A DNA stretch of 64,000 bases from Desulfobacterales bacterium. GTDB lineage: Bacteria > Desulfobacterota > Desulfobacteria > Desulfobacterales > JAFDDL01. A program made the position numbers and the translations under genes. This document shows, one piece after another, positions 49,567 through 59,179 of the stretch (its first letter is position 1; the number at the start of each line of letters is the position of its first letter). Where the stretch lies: NCBI GenBank assembly GCA_963675725.2, contig CAXXXZ010000002.1, positions 4,143,979 to 4,207,978 of the forward strand, given 5' to 3'. The notes beneath the pieces were generated by a model, which ran no database searches, had not been told where the DNA came from, and worked only from the letters and a program-made list of their open reading frames with translations.

Positions 49567-50247
49567 TTATAGATTGCTGCTATATGGGTCCTGATCTTCA
49601 GATAATATCTTTTTTTTTTGGCCGGTAATCATCGGCCAGATAAGATTTTCGCTGTGCGCATAGCTTGACGCTCCGACGCCGAGAACATGGACAACGACGA
49701 GAACGACGATGATATGTGCAAAAAACTCGTGGATTTCTTTCCATGCACCATGTATCTCATCATGTTCGGCGTGAGCGCCATGACGATGTTCCTGGTAATG
49801 TTCATGGTTCTCATAATCGCCTTTACCCTCATCTGCATGAGCGGCGCTGACAGCCGTTGCGGGAATGTGGGCCAGGGGCCCCTTGCCCCTTTCCCCATAG
49901 GTTTTCAAACCGGTAAGGGTGGTCAGTAAGAGAAAAATTAACAACACCACTACCATGGCGCCCCCTGCCGGATTATGCCCGACATAATGCCGGGCTTTTT
50001 TGTTAATCAATCCAGATAAATACAATATGACATCCTTGGGTGGATAGATAAAATCCTTAAACTTTGCGTGTTCGGTTCCAATAAACCCCCATACGATTCT
50101 GCCAAGGACAAGCAGGATGATAAGATAGCCTACTTTTGCATGGATCTCATTAAATTCTTCGGCTGTTGCGAATTGTGAAGATACAGAAATAACAAGAGTC
50201 CAGTGAAAGATTCTAACAAAGGGATCCCATACCATTATCTTTTTCAT
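49567..50247 (-). CDS. cytochrome b (Ni/Fe-hydrogenase b-type / b561-like) membrane protein with His-rich loop
   Basis: WDPFVRIFHWTLV and four TM helices. Loop HADEGKGDYENHEHYQEHRHGAHAEHDEIHG. Start taken at MKKIMVW. Confidence 0.75.
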   Translation of the reverse strand: MKKIMVWDPFVRIFHWTLVISVSSQFATAEEFNEIHAKVGYLIILLVLGRIVWGFIGTEHAKFKDFIYPPKDVILYLSGLINKKARHYVGHNPAGGAMVVVLLIFLLLTTLTGLKTYGERGKGPLAHIPATAVSAAHADEGKGDYENHEHYQEHRHGAHAEHDEIHGAWKEIHEFFAHIIVVLVVVHVLGVGASSYAHSENLIWPMITGQKKKILSEDQDPYSSNL

Positions 50248-50605
50248 GAGAGCTTCCTTTTTAAAAAATATTAATGAAGAACGAGATGCCGGATGGGAAT
50301 GAAGTGCCCTTCGGCTGCAACCCGATTCAAAACATGGGACATTGTTGGTTGCCTCTGCAGCAATGGATAACACAGGTACCATAGCATGAAGTGCAAGATT
50401 TTGGAATTTTATAAACAGCTATTGAACATCCCCCAGCATTGGTGCATACTGTAAAAGTAAAAAACAGAACGCCCTTCTTTCACCATGCGTTCTGTAAAAA
50501 GGGCCTGCAACGCATTTGGGCTCCACGCCATGGTGACGATAAACAGTTACCGGGGTTGCCATAGATCACAATGCGGTCGATAATCATTTTCAGGAAGGTA
50601 TTCCC

Positions 50606-51259
50606 ATGGATGAAAGATTGCTGCATGTCGTAGGTTTGGCGCTGATCGTTTTTCTCATTTTTCCCGCTTTAACTTTCGGTCAGGAATTGGTGTCGCTTCG
50701 GCTTCCGGGGCCTCAGACGGAGATAGGTAAGCCGCTGATGCAAGCGCTGAAAGCGCGAAAGACTTCCCGTGATTTCAACACTGAAAAATTACCCATGCAA
50801 GTGCTGTCGAATCTGCTTTGGGCGGCGTTTGGTATTAATCGCCCGGACTCAGGAAAGCGTACGGCACCATCTGCAAGGAATTGGCAAGAAATAGATATAT
50901 ACGTGGCTTCTGCCGATGGCCTATATCTTTATGATGCCATTGCCCATGGGTTAAGACAGATTTCTAACGTTGACATCCGGCGAGAGACAGGGCGTCAGGC
51001 ATTTGTTCAAGATGCACCGGTCAACCTTGTCTACGTTGCCGATTTTGCAAAAATGGGTGAAGCGAAAAATGAAGACAAGGTTCTTTATTCTGCTGCCGAT
51101 ACAGGATTTATCAGCCAAAATGTCTATCTTTTCTGCGCTTCCGAAGGGTTGGCCACCGTTGTGCGTGGGAGTGTGGATAGGCAGGCTCTGGCAAAAATAC
51201 TGAAGCTGAGATCTGATCAGCACGTCATTCTTGCTCAATCGGTGGGATATTCGAAATAA
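50606..51259 (+). CDS. secreted nitroreductase-family (SagB/ThcOx-like) protein
   Basis: Signal-like N-terminus. KARKTSRDF...LSNLLWAAFGINR is typical of the nitroreductase fold. Confidence 0.7.
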   Translation: MDERLLHVVGLALIVFLIFPALTFGQELVSLRLPGPQTEIGKPLMQALKARKTSRDFNTEKLPMQVLSNLLWAAFGINRPDSGKRTAPSARNWQEIDIYVASADGLYLYDAIAHGLRQISNVDIRRETGRQAFVQDAPVNLVYVADFAKMGEAKNEDKVLYSAADTGFISQNVYLFCASEGLATVVRGSVDRQALAKILKLRSDQHVILAQSVGYSK

Positions 51260-51378
51260 ACCCTAATGTCGCAACAGTTAAGGTAAGGTTGCCCTTAAAG
51301 AAACCACCGCGATGACCAATAATCATAGCAAGGGAAAACCAGTCATCACATAATGCAGGCGGGTGATCAACGGGCCAC

Positions 51379-52218
51379 ATGGAGAAGATTGTGAAGGAGT
51401 CACAATTCAGCCAATCTTTACTAACAGCACAAAATTATGAGAAGAATATCGTCGCTTATACAATGCGCCCATTAGCGACGTTTATGCTCGGACTTGTTAA
51501 TCCAAAACCGGGTGAGAATGTTTTAGATGTTGCCTGTGGAACAGGTGTGATGACGCGTCAAACTGTGCCATTTTTAGGAAGAAAAGGGAAAATTGTCGGT
51601 ATTGATACCAATTTGGCAATGCTTTCTGTTGCAGATTCCTTTCCAGCACCGGAAGCTATTACGGTTACCTGGTGTGGGGGGGATGCACATGCGCTGCCAT
51701 TGGTAGATGAAACATTTGAGTCGGTTTTTTGTCAGCATGGAGTGCAATATTTTTTGAATCCAATGGTAGCGTTAAGAGAGATGCATCGGGTGCTTCGGGC
51801 AGGAGGGCACATAGCCGTTAGTGCTTGGCGCTCATTGGTGTATAATCCAGCGACTAAATTAATATGGGAGGCCATAGCCCATAACTTAAATACAACTGTA
51901 GAGATCCTTTTACCAGCTTTTCGTCTCACTGATGCTGGTGAGCTCAGTGCCTTGCTTGAAGCAGCGGGATTTGTTGATGTGTCCGTAGTTGATCGATCAT
52001 ACACTGTGCGGCAACCGCGAAACCCGAAACTTATTATGCAGCTATTAGCAAGTGTTGAAAATCTGGTTCCTGCCTACGCCGCTATTGGGGCAGAAAAGAA
52101 GGTCAAATTGGCGCAAACTATTGAAAATGAGATTGGTCCGATCCTGGAAAACTATGTGGATGGTAATGAGCAACTCTATCCCATGTCAGCTAACATTGCA
52201 TTGGCGAGAAAGATCTGA
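51379..52218 (+). CDS. class I SAM-dependent methyltransferase
   Basis: Motif I VLDVACGTGVMT and post-I IVGIDTN. Confidence 0.85.
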   Translation: MEKIVKESQFSQSLLTAQNYEKNIVAYTMRPLATFMLGLVNPKPGENVLDVACGTGVMTRQTVPFLGRKGKIVGIDTNLAMLSVADSFPAPEAITVTWCGGDAHALPLVDETFESVFCQHGVQYFLNPMVALREMHRVLRAGGHIAVSAWRSLVYNPATKLIWEAIAHNLNTTVEILLPAFRLTDAGELSALLEAAGFVDVSVVDRSYTVRQPRNPKLIMQLLASVENLVPAYAAIGAEKKVKLAQTIENEIGPILENYVDGNEQLYPMSANIALARKI

Positions 52219-52404
52219 TTTCATACAAGGCTATCTTGGGATTGAGTTTCTTGAAAAACGGTTTTTGAGAGAGAGACAGGCTGAGGCGAGCGACGTGATT
52301 TTAACACACATCTCGGTTTTCGTGATGTTTAAATGACTTTTTGAACGTTATTTGTCTTTATAAATTGTTAATAAAGTAACTTGAAAGTGGAGAGGAGAAT
52401 TCAA

Positions 52405-52956
52405 ATGGACATTCAAACCTTATCGGACCGTGCGGAAATTGCGGATTTGTTGGCGCTGTATTGTCGTGGAGTGGATCGTAGGGATGAAGCAACATTGCGC
52501 AGTATCTACCATGAGGATGCGATTGAAGATCGCAGTGAAGGACAATTCATCGGTCCCGCCCAGGAATGGGTAGGGTGGGCGTTAAGTGTTATTCCGGTGT
52601 TTGAACTGACCCAGCATACCATCCTAAATTCACTGGTGGAAATCGAGGGCGATACTGCTTATGGTGAGACCTACTTTAATGCGTACCACCGGTTCGGAGA
52701 TCCTGAAAAATCGGGGGGGGAAACGGATACCCCGGATGATATCAAATGGCCGGAGGGTGGTATGGAAATGATTTTGGCGGGGCGTTATCTTGATCGCTTT
52801 GAACGCCGCGATGGGGTGTGGAAAATTGCTTACCGGAAAATGGTATGCGACTGGTGTCGGACCCAACCGTTAGCAGACCAGTGGTTTGAAGAGAACCCAA
52901 CGGCATATCGCAGCGTGCCTGATATAAGTGATGCTCGATTGGATAAAAATAAATGA
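52405..52956 (+). CDS. SnoaL-like / NTF2-fold protein
   Basis: SDRAEIADLLALYCRGVDRRD and GRYLDRFERRDGVWKIAYR are typical SnoaL_4 patterns. Confidence 0.7.
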   Translation: MDIQTLSDRAEIADLLALYCRGVDRRDEATLRSIYHEDAIEDRSEGQFIGPAQEWVGWALSVIPVFELTQHTILNSLVEIEGDTAYGETYFNAYHRFGDPEKSGGETDTPDDIKWPEGGMEMILAGRYLDRFERRDGVWKIAYRKMVCDWCRTQPLADQWFEENPTAYRSVPDISDARLDKNK

Positions 52957-53001
52957 GCTAATCTTAAAACGGCCGATCTCGATCAAAAAAAATGGACAAG
53001 A

Positions 53002-53328
53002 ATGAAGAAATGCCCTTTCTGTGCAGAAGAGATTCAGGACGATGCAATAAAGTGTAGATATTGCGGTGAGTTTTTGGATCCCGACAAAGATCCACGTCGT
53101 TCTGAGAGGAACGATCCGTGGTATTTTCGAAAAACATTTATTGTTATCGCAGTTGCCTGTGTGGGCCCACTGGCGCTCCCACTGATTTGGTTCCGTCCCA
53201 ACACCTCATTGGGGTGGAAGGTCGGGCTCACCATCGGCATCCTGGTTCTCAGTTGGTTTTTGTTTGCGGCGACAATGGAGTCAATTCGAGTTTTAAAGGA
53301 ATATTACGAACTTATTGAAAGCCTTTAG
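53002..53328 (+). CDS. zinc-ribbon membrane protein
   Basis: [20 protein letters not shown] followed by two TM helices. Confidence 0.7.
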   Translation: MKKCPFCAEEIQDDAIKCRYCGEFLDPDKDPRRSERNDPWYFRKTFIVIAVACVGPLALPLIWFRPNTSLGWKVGLTIGILVLSWFLFAATMESIRVLKEYYELIESL

Positions 53329-53347
53329 CCGATCATAGGAGAAGCAT

Positions 53348-53608
53348 ATGTTTTCAATTAATTTTCTTCTTGTTGAAGTCATTATGCTCACAGGGCATGC
53401 CACAGTATCCTCTGCCATTGAGGCGATGAAATCGGGTGCATTCGATTATGTGAAAAAACCATGTAGCCTAACGGACCTTCTTTTTAGGGCAAATAGGGCA
53501 GTTGGCCGAAAACGGGCCCGTGAAGCAAAAATTCTCGATGCCAGGATGACACCCTATATATCAAAACGGGAACGCGATAAATTGATAGATGACGCACTGG
53601 ATGATTGA
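53348..53608 (+). pseudogene. remnant of a response-regulator receiver domain (C-terminal third only)
   Basis: VIMLTGHATVSSAIEAMKSGAFDYVKKPCSLTDLL corresponds to the beta4-alpha5 region. The phospho-acceptor Asp region is absent. Confidence 0.65.
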
Positions 53609-54189
53609 TGGAAACGCTTGAGGAAAAAATTGAGCGTGTTGTAAAAGAAGAAATTACACTTGCTCCATACGACCCCCACTGGCCAATGGTGTTTGAACAG
53701 GAACGGTTGCATTTACAGGCTTGCCTACCTGATGATTTGATCGGTAAAATTGAGCATTTTGGCAGTACTGCAATCCCGGGTATTTGTTCTAAACCGATTG
53801 TTGACATTCTGGTTGAGGTCGCAAGCCTTGACGAAACCAGAAAGACAATTGCACCAGTCCTGGAAAGCCAGGGGTACGATTATTTTTGGCGGCCCACATG
53901 GGGTGACGATATACCCCCATTTTACGCATGGTTCATTAAACGCGGCAAGACGGGAAATAGAACACATCATATCCATATGATTGAAAAAGATTTCGAACAT
54001 TGGAATCGTCTTCTTTTTCGGGACTACCTCATTGAACATCCCCAAGTTGCAAGGGAATACAGCTTGCTCAAAGAAATGCTCTCCAGGATAAACCGACATG
54101 ACCGAGTGGCATACACAGCGGCAAAAGCAGGATTTATAGCACGCGTTACCCAGAAAGCGATTCGCTACTATAAAACAGTGTCGGTGTGA
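53605..54189 (+). CDS. GrpB-family (UPF0157) nucleotidyltransferase-fold protein
   Basis: IEHFGSTAIPGICSKPIVDILV and HIHMIEKDFEHWNRLLFRDYL. Confidence 0.8.
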   Translation: MMETLEEKIERVVKEEITLAPYDPHWPMVFEQERLHLQACLPDDLIGKIEHFGSTAIPGICSKPIVDILVEVASLDETRKTIAPVLESQGYDYFWRPTWGDDIPPFYAWFIKRGKTGNRTHHIHMIEKDFEHWNRLLFRDYLIEHPQVAREYSLLKEMLSRINRHDRVAYTAAKAGFIARVTQKAIRYYKTVSV

Positions 54190-54702
54190 TGTTTTCCCAT
54201 CTAAAACCATCTGACGGCGTTAATAACAATAGGACAGGGTAAACGCATGTAACCTGTGCATCAGGCCGATGACGGTTGACTTTGATCTTTTGATCCGATA
54301 TCTGGACTGGTAAGAACGACTCTGAATTAGAGTCCAGGTATTTTTGTTGAACAACACGGCATTTATAGTGCTGAAAATAAACTTGCTGCAAAACGGTTTT
54401 GCGGACGGTTATATCGGGACATATGCCATCCGGTGGTTATAATAATGTTTTTTGGGATGAAGTTGGGTATTGCGCTCCCCGCTATGGTACACTTTAGAGC
54501 TTCTTACTGTTTTACATCGACATTTCCCCAATGTCCCCTCTTGCTGTTACCTGTGCCGTAATTCCCCTTTATTTGATATGTCAGCCGTAGTTTCCAAAAA
54601 GCCTTTTAGAGAAAAGTTTGGACGTTCGTTTATAAGGCACCTAACGTCAGGTCGCCATGGATGTAGCAAGAACATTGTATTTAAGACAAGGAGAAGGGTA
54701 GT

Positions 54703-55044
54703 ATGAAAAGAATTATTGCCATCATCCGGCCCATCATGCGGGATGGTGTCATTGCAGCCTTACATAAGATGGAGAATTTTCCCGGTGCGGTCATGACCGT
54801 AACAAGTGGCATTCGGAGAGGATTGCACCAAGAGGACAAGAGCAAGCAGGAAAAACCCCTGGTCGACTACCATGCCTATATCCGGATTGAAATAATCTGT
54901 CAGGATCATATGGCCAAGACCCTGGTTGAAACCATCCGCGCAAATGCGTACACCGGCAGACTGGGGGATGGTAAAATTTTTGTTTCACCGATTGAATATG
55001 CCATTCGTATCCACGATGGAAAGACGGGCGATGAAGCAATATAA
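54703..55044 (+). CDS. P-II-like signal-transduction protein with divergent T-loop
   Basis: MKRIIAIIRP...GDGKIFVSPIEYAIRIHDGKTGDEAI. The T-loop region GIRRGLHQEDKSKQEKPLVDYH lacks the canonical GxxGQKGH..Y pattern. Confidence 0.75.
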   Translation: MKRIIAIIRPIMRDGVIAALHKMENFPGAVMTVTSGIRRGLHQEDKSKQEKPLVDYHAYIRIEIICQDHMAKTLVETIRANAYTGRLGDGKIFVSPIEYAIRIHDGKTGDEAI

Positions 55045-55106
55045 GGCTTCGAGCTCAAAATAAATCGTACATCTCACCCCAGTATTCTGAGAACAGGAGG
55101 TTTAAC

Positions 55107-55568
55107 ATGAGGATAACCATTAAAATCCTAATAATGTTTTCAACTGTAATTGGTATGGCTAGCGCGACATCAGCCGTGAACAGAATAGATCTTGTCGAAA
55201 ATAGTTCAGTGAAAATTGAACGCTTAACATCTAAGGGATATCGAATCATGAGGGTCTTTGCCTATAATGAGAGCGATACACTGGTTGTTTCCGGTAGGGT
55301 TAAACGCTGGCATTCAACCCCTATTGCAGGTGGACATGTGGATGTGGCAGTTGTGAGTCCGTCGGGCAATGTCGTTGACCGGGTCAGCACCTATTACATT
55401 CCTCAGCATACGCGAAGGAGTCCCTGGAAAGGATCGTATTTTAAAGTCGAATTTTCTGATTTGCCACCGGAGGGCAGCACCATTCGCGTTATCCACCATA
55501 GGATCGTTAGCCCCAGGGCGGGTAAGTTCCAATGTGAAAACAATCTCGCCCTGCCAACTGATTCGTGA
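55107..55568 (+). CDS. hypothetical secreted protein
   Basis: Signal peptide ILIMFSTVIGMASATSA. GGAGG RBS. Confidence 0.55.
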   Translation: MRITIKILIMFSTVIGMASATSAVNRIDLVENSSVKIERLTSKGYRIMRVFAYNESDTLVVSGRVKRWHSTPIAGGHVDVAVVSPSGNVVDRVSTYYIPQHTRRSPWKGSYFKVEFSDLPPEGSTIRVIHHRIVSPRAGKFQCENNLALPTDS

Positions 55569-55663
55569 CGCATATTGTTATGCACTCGGGTTATGCAATG
55601 GAGATTATCGTGTCAGTAATGAAGAGAGCAGTTTGATTCTATAAATATGGTGTGAAAGCCCTA

Positions 55664-56179
55664 TCAATGCGGCAACAAATGGGGCATCTGTTGCCGAATT
55701 GCTTCTATAGTGAACGAATTTCCTGTCTTAGGAAAATTGTATAGGAAATGGCAAAGCATACCACCGTGACTGAAATCAGCGAGATAATGTAGGGAACCAC
55801 AATCAAAATGCTTTGATCGAGTGGCAGGGGGCCTGCAAAGCGCTCCATCGAAAATCTCTCCATCGGGCCCACGACAAACAGAGGCCCCCCTGATTTTCGG
55901 ATAGGATGTTGTCAAGTTAATACTGTTTGGCTTTTCTGTTTTTGATGCCTGCCCCAACAATTCTATGGCGCACTTTTGAGACATGTTAAATTTGCCATCC
56001 ATGGCGTGTGCTTTCAGCACAATTCCGGGATATTCCACTGCCATCGTGATCAACCGGTACGGAATATCACCTGGTGGTGAGGGGGTAGCGCTGGTTTCCT
56101 CTGAAAACTGCATGAAATCCAGGAGCAAAAGCGCCCAGGTGATAATTATGATTTTGTTTTTCTCGGCCCATTGGCTCAA
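55664..56179 (-). CDS. hypothetical secreted/membrane-anchored protein
   Basis: 171-aa ORF with an N-terminal hydrophobic segment IIIITWALLLL. No family recognised. Confidence 0.4.
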   Translation of the reverse strand: MSQWAEKNKIIIITWALLLLDFMQFSEETSATPSPPGDIPYRLITMAVEYPGIVLKAHAMDGKFNMSQKCAIELLGQASKTEKPNSINLTTSYPKIRGASVCRGPDGEIFDGALCRPPATRSKHFDCGSLHYLADFSHGGMLCHFLYNFPKTGNSFTIEAIRQQMPHLLPH

Positions 56180-56553
56180 ATAAAGGTAAAATTATGCTTA
56201 AGGCTACAATTTGATAAAACAAAAATTTAATGAGCCATTTTTTTATGTCAAGGGACCGAAATGAATTTTTTCTCTGCTGCCCTTGACACCTTGAAAAGCG
56301 TTTTTAAAATATACTTGATTCTGGCGATCGCCATATGCTGTCAGCAGGGGCAACGGCATGCCCACCATGATAGGCGAATCAATTTATAACCATTGCTTGA
56401 GGTGCGGCATTTAATACGTTGCAGCAGTGGGATGCTGATATCTGAAATTCAAGAACATTAGAAATCAACAAGGGTTACGTTTAGATGTGTCATTTAAAAA
56501 CGTGATTGAAAAGTTGAGCATGCAAACTGATTTTTCGCCGAAGGGGGTCCACG

Positions 56554-57078
56554 ATGGCAGAGAGTTTTTTTGCAATTCTTGGTATTTCACCAGATGCAAC
56601 AGTGGAAGAGATTCGAAGCGCATATCGCCGGCTTGCCAAGGAATTTCACCCGGATCATTACCAAGGTGATAGCGAGCGTTTTCGTGAAATTCAGGAAGCG
56701 TATTCAGTGCTTGCGAACGTTCGGAAACGTCGTGAATGCGAACAAGGGTACATAAAAAGACCCCCGGTAACAAGGTTATGGCCCAAAACGCATGGCGTGG
56801 TCGAGCCGCTTATTCCTGAAGAACACCCGGTAGATATGGGCGAAATATCACCGGTACGATCTTTTCAATCGTTTACGCCCTCGGTTGACGAAATTTATGG
56901 GTGGCTTTGGGGTAATTTTTCCAATATCGGACAGCCGAAATCCGTTCGCTTTCAGAATTTGACAATTGAGGTGACACTTACGCCCGAACAGGCCCGTACT
57001 GGAGGCAATGCACGTCGGTTTGGCATTCGAAACATGCATCTTACCGTATTATTCCGCTTAACGGAAAATCGTCCTTAA
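56554..57078 (+). CDS. J-domain protein, C-terminally truncated or degraded
   Basis: J domain FFAILGISPDATVEEIRSAYRRLAKEFHPD. The C-terminal domain starts (LTIEVTLTPEQARTGGNA) and then ends abruptly with no zinc-finger or CTD. Confidence 0.7.
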   Translation: MAESFFAILGISPDATVEEIRSAYRRLAKEFHPDHYQGDSERFREIQEAYSVLANVRKRRECEQGYIKRPPVTRLWPKTHGVVEPLIPEEHPVDMGEISPVRSFQSFTPSVDEIYGWLWGNFSNIGQPKSVRFQNLTIEVTLTPEQARTGGNARRFGIRNMHLTVLFRLTENRP

Positions 57079-57141
57079 GAAACTGGTTAAAATGAGAGCG
57101 CATTGTGTGCGATATGAAACTCATCATAGAAAGGAGGAGCA

Positions 57142-57273
57142 ATGCGATACCAACAATTAATTCCGATGCGCCGCTGTCCTCGATGCTGTGCGCGAATATT
57201 TAGAAATGCCCGGACCGAGGAGACGATTTATACGTGCTCATGTATAGAAAAGCGTTGGAAGGAGAAACACTAA
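57142..57273 (+). CDS. zinc-ribbon-like microprotein (43 aa, not in ORF track)
   Basis: MRYQQLIPMRRCPRCCARIFRNARTEETIYTCSCIEKRWKEKH. AGGAGG lies 5 nt upstream. Followed by the hairpin CCCCTATTG-N6-CAATAGGGG. Confidence 0.4.
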   Translation: MRYQQLIPMRRCPRCCARIFRNARTEETIYTCSCIEKRWKEKH

Positions 57274-57553
57274 GGTACCCCTATTGCTGTAACAATAGGG
57301 GTAACAATCTTTGCCTGGGTTTTCTCTTTCCATCTTTGTTTAATGCGGACTTTGATCCGATAATTTTTCTGTGGCGATGGCGAATGGTAATGATAGTAAA
57401 AGTGGTGTTAAAAACATAATAATTATAGGGTTATGTGCATTTATAGAGAAATTTTACCGTATGGGATTGACACTGAAAAAACCGTAATTACTATTTATTT
57501 AAATCTAATAAAAGTAATGCTTTTAGGGGGCCACTTAACCAAAGGAGGCAACG

Positions 57554-58120
57554 ATGGATATCAAGAAATTGGTTCCTTGGAATTGGTTTAAAAAGGAGGA
57601 AGAGGATGCTGACAAAACGCTGCCTATAAAGCGCAAAGGTGCGCAGGAGCAAGGGGGTGGATTTGCTAGTCCTCTGCAGCAGTTTCACCAGGAAATCGAC
57701 CGACTTTTTGAACAGGCATTTCGCGGTTTCGGTATGATTCCATTTGGATTTGAGAGGCCGTTAACGCCGCGCCCGGCAGATGGCATGCTAAAGCCAATCT
57801 TGGATGTGAGTGCCTCGACCAAGGACTACACTGTCACAGTGGAGATACCCGGTGTGGATGAAAAAGATGTAAAGCTTGAGGTCGTTAACGACACCCTGAC
57901 AATCCGTGGTGAGAAAAAACAGGAAACGGAGGAAACAGATGAAAATTATTACCGGATGGAACGATCTTATGGTTCATTCCAGCGGGTGTTGTCTTTGCCC
58001 GAGGATGTGGACCAGGAGGGCATAAAGGCGACCTTTAAAAAGGGCGTGTTGAAGGTGCGGCTTCCAAGAAAAGCACTACCTACATCAGATGTAAAACTGA
58101 TAGAGATTAGGAGTACTTGA
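57554..58120 (+). CDS. Hsp20/alpha-crystallin small heat-shock protein
   Basis: EIPGVDEKDVKLEVVNDTLTIRGEKK...IKATFKKGVLKVRLPRK. AAGGAGG RBS. Confidence 0.9.
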   Translation: MDIKKLVPWNWFKKEEEDADKTLPIKRKGAQEQGGGFASPLQQFHQEIDRLFEQAFRGFGMIPFGFERPLTPRPADGMLKPILDVSASTKDYTVTVEIPGVDEKDVKLEVVNDTLTIRGEKKQETEETDENYYRMERSYGSFQRVLSLPEDVDQEGIKATFKKGVLKVRLPRKALPTSDVKLIEIRST

Positions 58121-58187
58121 TGATGGGCAAAACCCTATCCAAACGGTTGCCTTTAACTTAATATTATTACTTAGGGAGGTGTAAATC

Positions 58188-58649
58188 ATGGTAGCAAGAA
58201 GAATGATCAATTTTCCGTTTATGGGTTGGCCGCATCCGTTTTCGGAAATGGAGCGGATGGCCAAGCAGATGGATTGGTTGACCAGTGGCATTTTTGGCAG
58301 ACCCGGGGCATCATTCTTTTCTGCGAGAGTATTCCCAGCGGTCAATATCAAAGAAGATAAGGAAAAATACTACGTTCACGCTGAGCTCCCAGGAATCAAA
58401 GCAGACGATGTCAAATTGGAGGTCAATGGCAGAAACCTGACCATCTCAGGTGAACGTAAAATCCATTCTGAAAACGAAAAAGCAAAATACCACCGCAAGG
58501 AACGAGAAGCAGGAAAGTTTTCACGGGTGATCACTTTGCCCGGTGAAGCAGATGCGACCAACGTGGATGCCAAATTGGTAAATGGGTTGTTGACGGTCGC
58601 CATCGGAAAACCCGAGACTGCGAGACCAAAGCAAATTATAGTGAATTAA
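58188..58649 (+). CDS. Hsp20/alpha-crystallin small heat-shock protein
   Basis: ELPGIKADDVKLEVNGRNLTISGERK...VDAKLVNGLLTVAIGK. Confidence 0.9.
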   Translation: MVARRMINFPFMGWPHPFSEMERMAKQMDWLTSGIFGRPGASFFSARVFPAVNIKEDKEKYYVHAELPGIKADDVKLEVNGRNLTISGERKIHSENEKAKYHRKEREAGKFSRVITLPGEADATNVDAKLVNGLLTVAIGKPETARPKQIIVN

Positions 58650-58682
58650 TGTTAATTAAGTTAACAAATGGAGGGATAAAAA

Positions 58683-59087
58683 ATGGCTGAATCCAAAGAA
58701 CTCCAAGCAAAAGAAAAACAGACGGTTCCTGACGTCGTGGAGCAGACTCGGCCGGGGCTGGTTTTTACGCCGGATGTGGATATTTTCGAAACCGATCATG
58801 ACATCACGCTTTTGGCCGATATGCCGGGAGTTTCGACTGAAGATGTAAATATTGATCTTAAGGATGGGGTTTTGACGATCAGCGGGGATGTCAAACCATG
58901 GGGAGATACCGCTGCGTCGGACGTGTTGATTGAATTTGATATTGGTAAATATTACCGGCAGTTCACCCTTTCAGATGCCATCGAGCAGGAAAAGATCGAT
59001 GCCAAATTTGAGGATGGGGTGCTTCGCCTTGTATTGCCGAAGGCGGAGAAAGCCGTTCCACGAAAGATAACGGTAACGGCTGGATAG
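58683..59087 (+). CDS. Hsp20/alpha-crystallin small heat-shock protein
   Basis: DMPGVSTEDVNIDLKDGVLTISGD...IDAKFEDGVLRLVLPKA. Confidence 0.9.
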   Translation: MAESKELQAKEKQTVPDVVEQTRPGLVFTPDVDIFETDHDITLLADMPGVSTEDVNIDLKDGVLTISGDVKPWGDTAASDVLIEFDIGKYYRQFTLSDAIEQEKIDAKFEDGVLRLVLPKAEKAVPRKITVTAG

Positions 59088-59102
59088 TCAAACGTAAGCT
59101 GA

Positions 59103-59132
59103 AGACCCGGTTTTTTACCGGGTCTTTTTTTT
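59103..59132 (+). terminator. rho-independent terminator
   Basis: AGACCCGG-tttttta-CCGGGTCT followed by T8. Confidence 0.85.
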
Positions 59133-59179
59133 AGGCAAGTCATTCACTTTTCGCTTCGTTATACACGGGAATTTGGACA

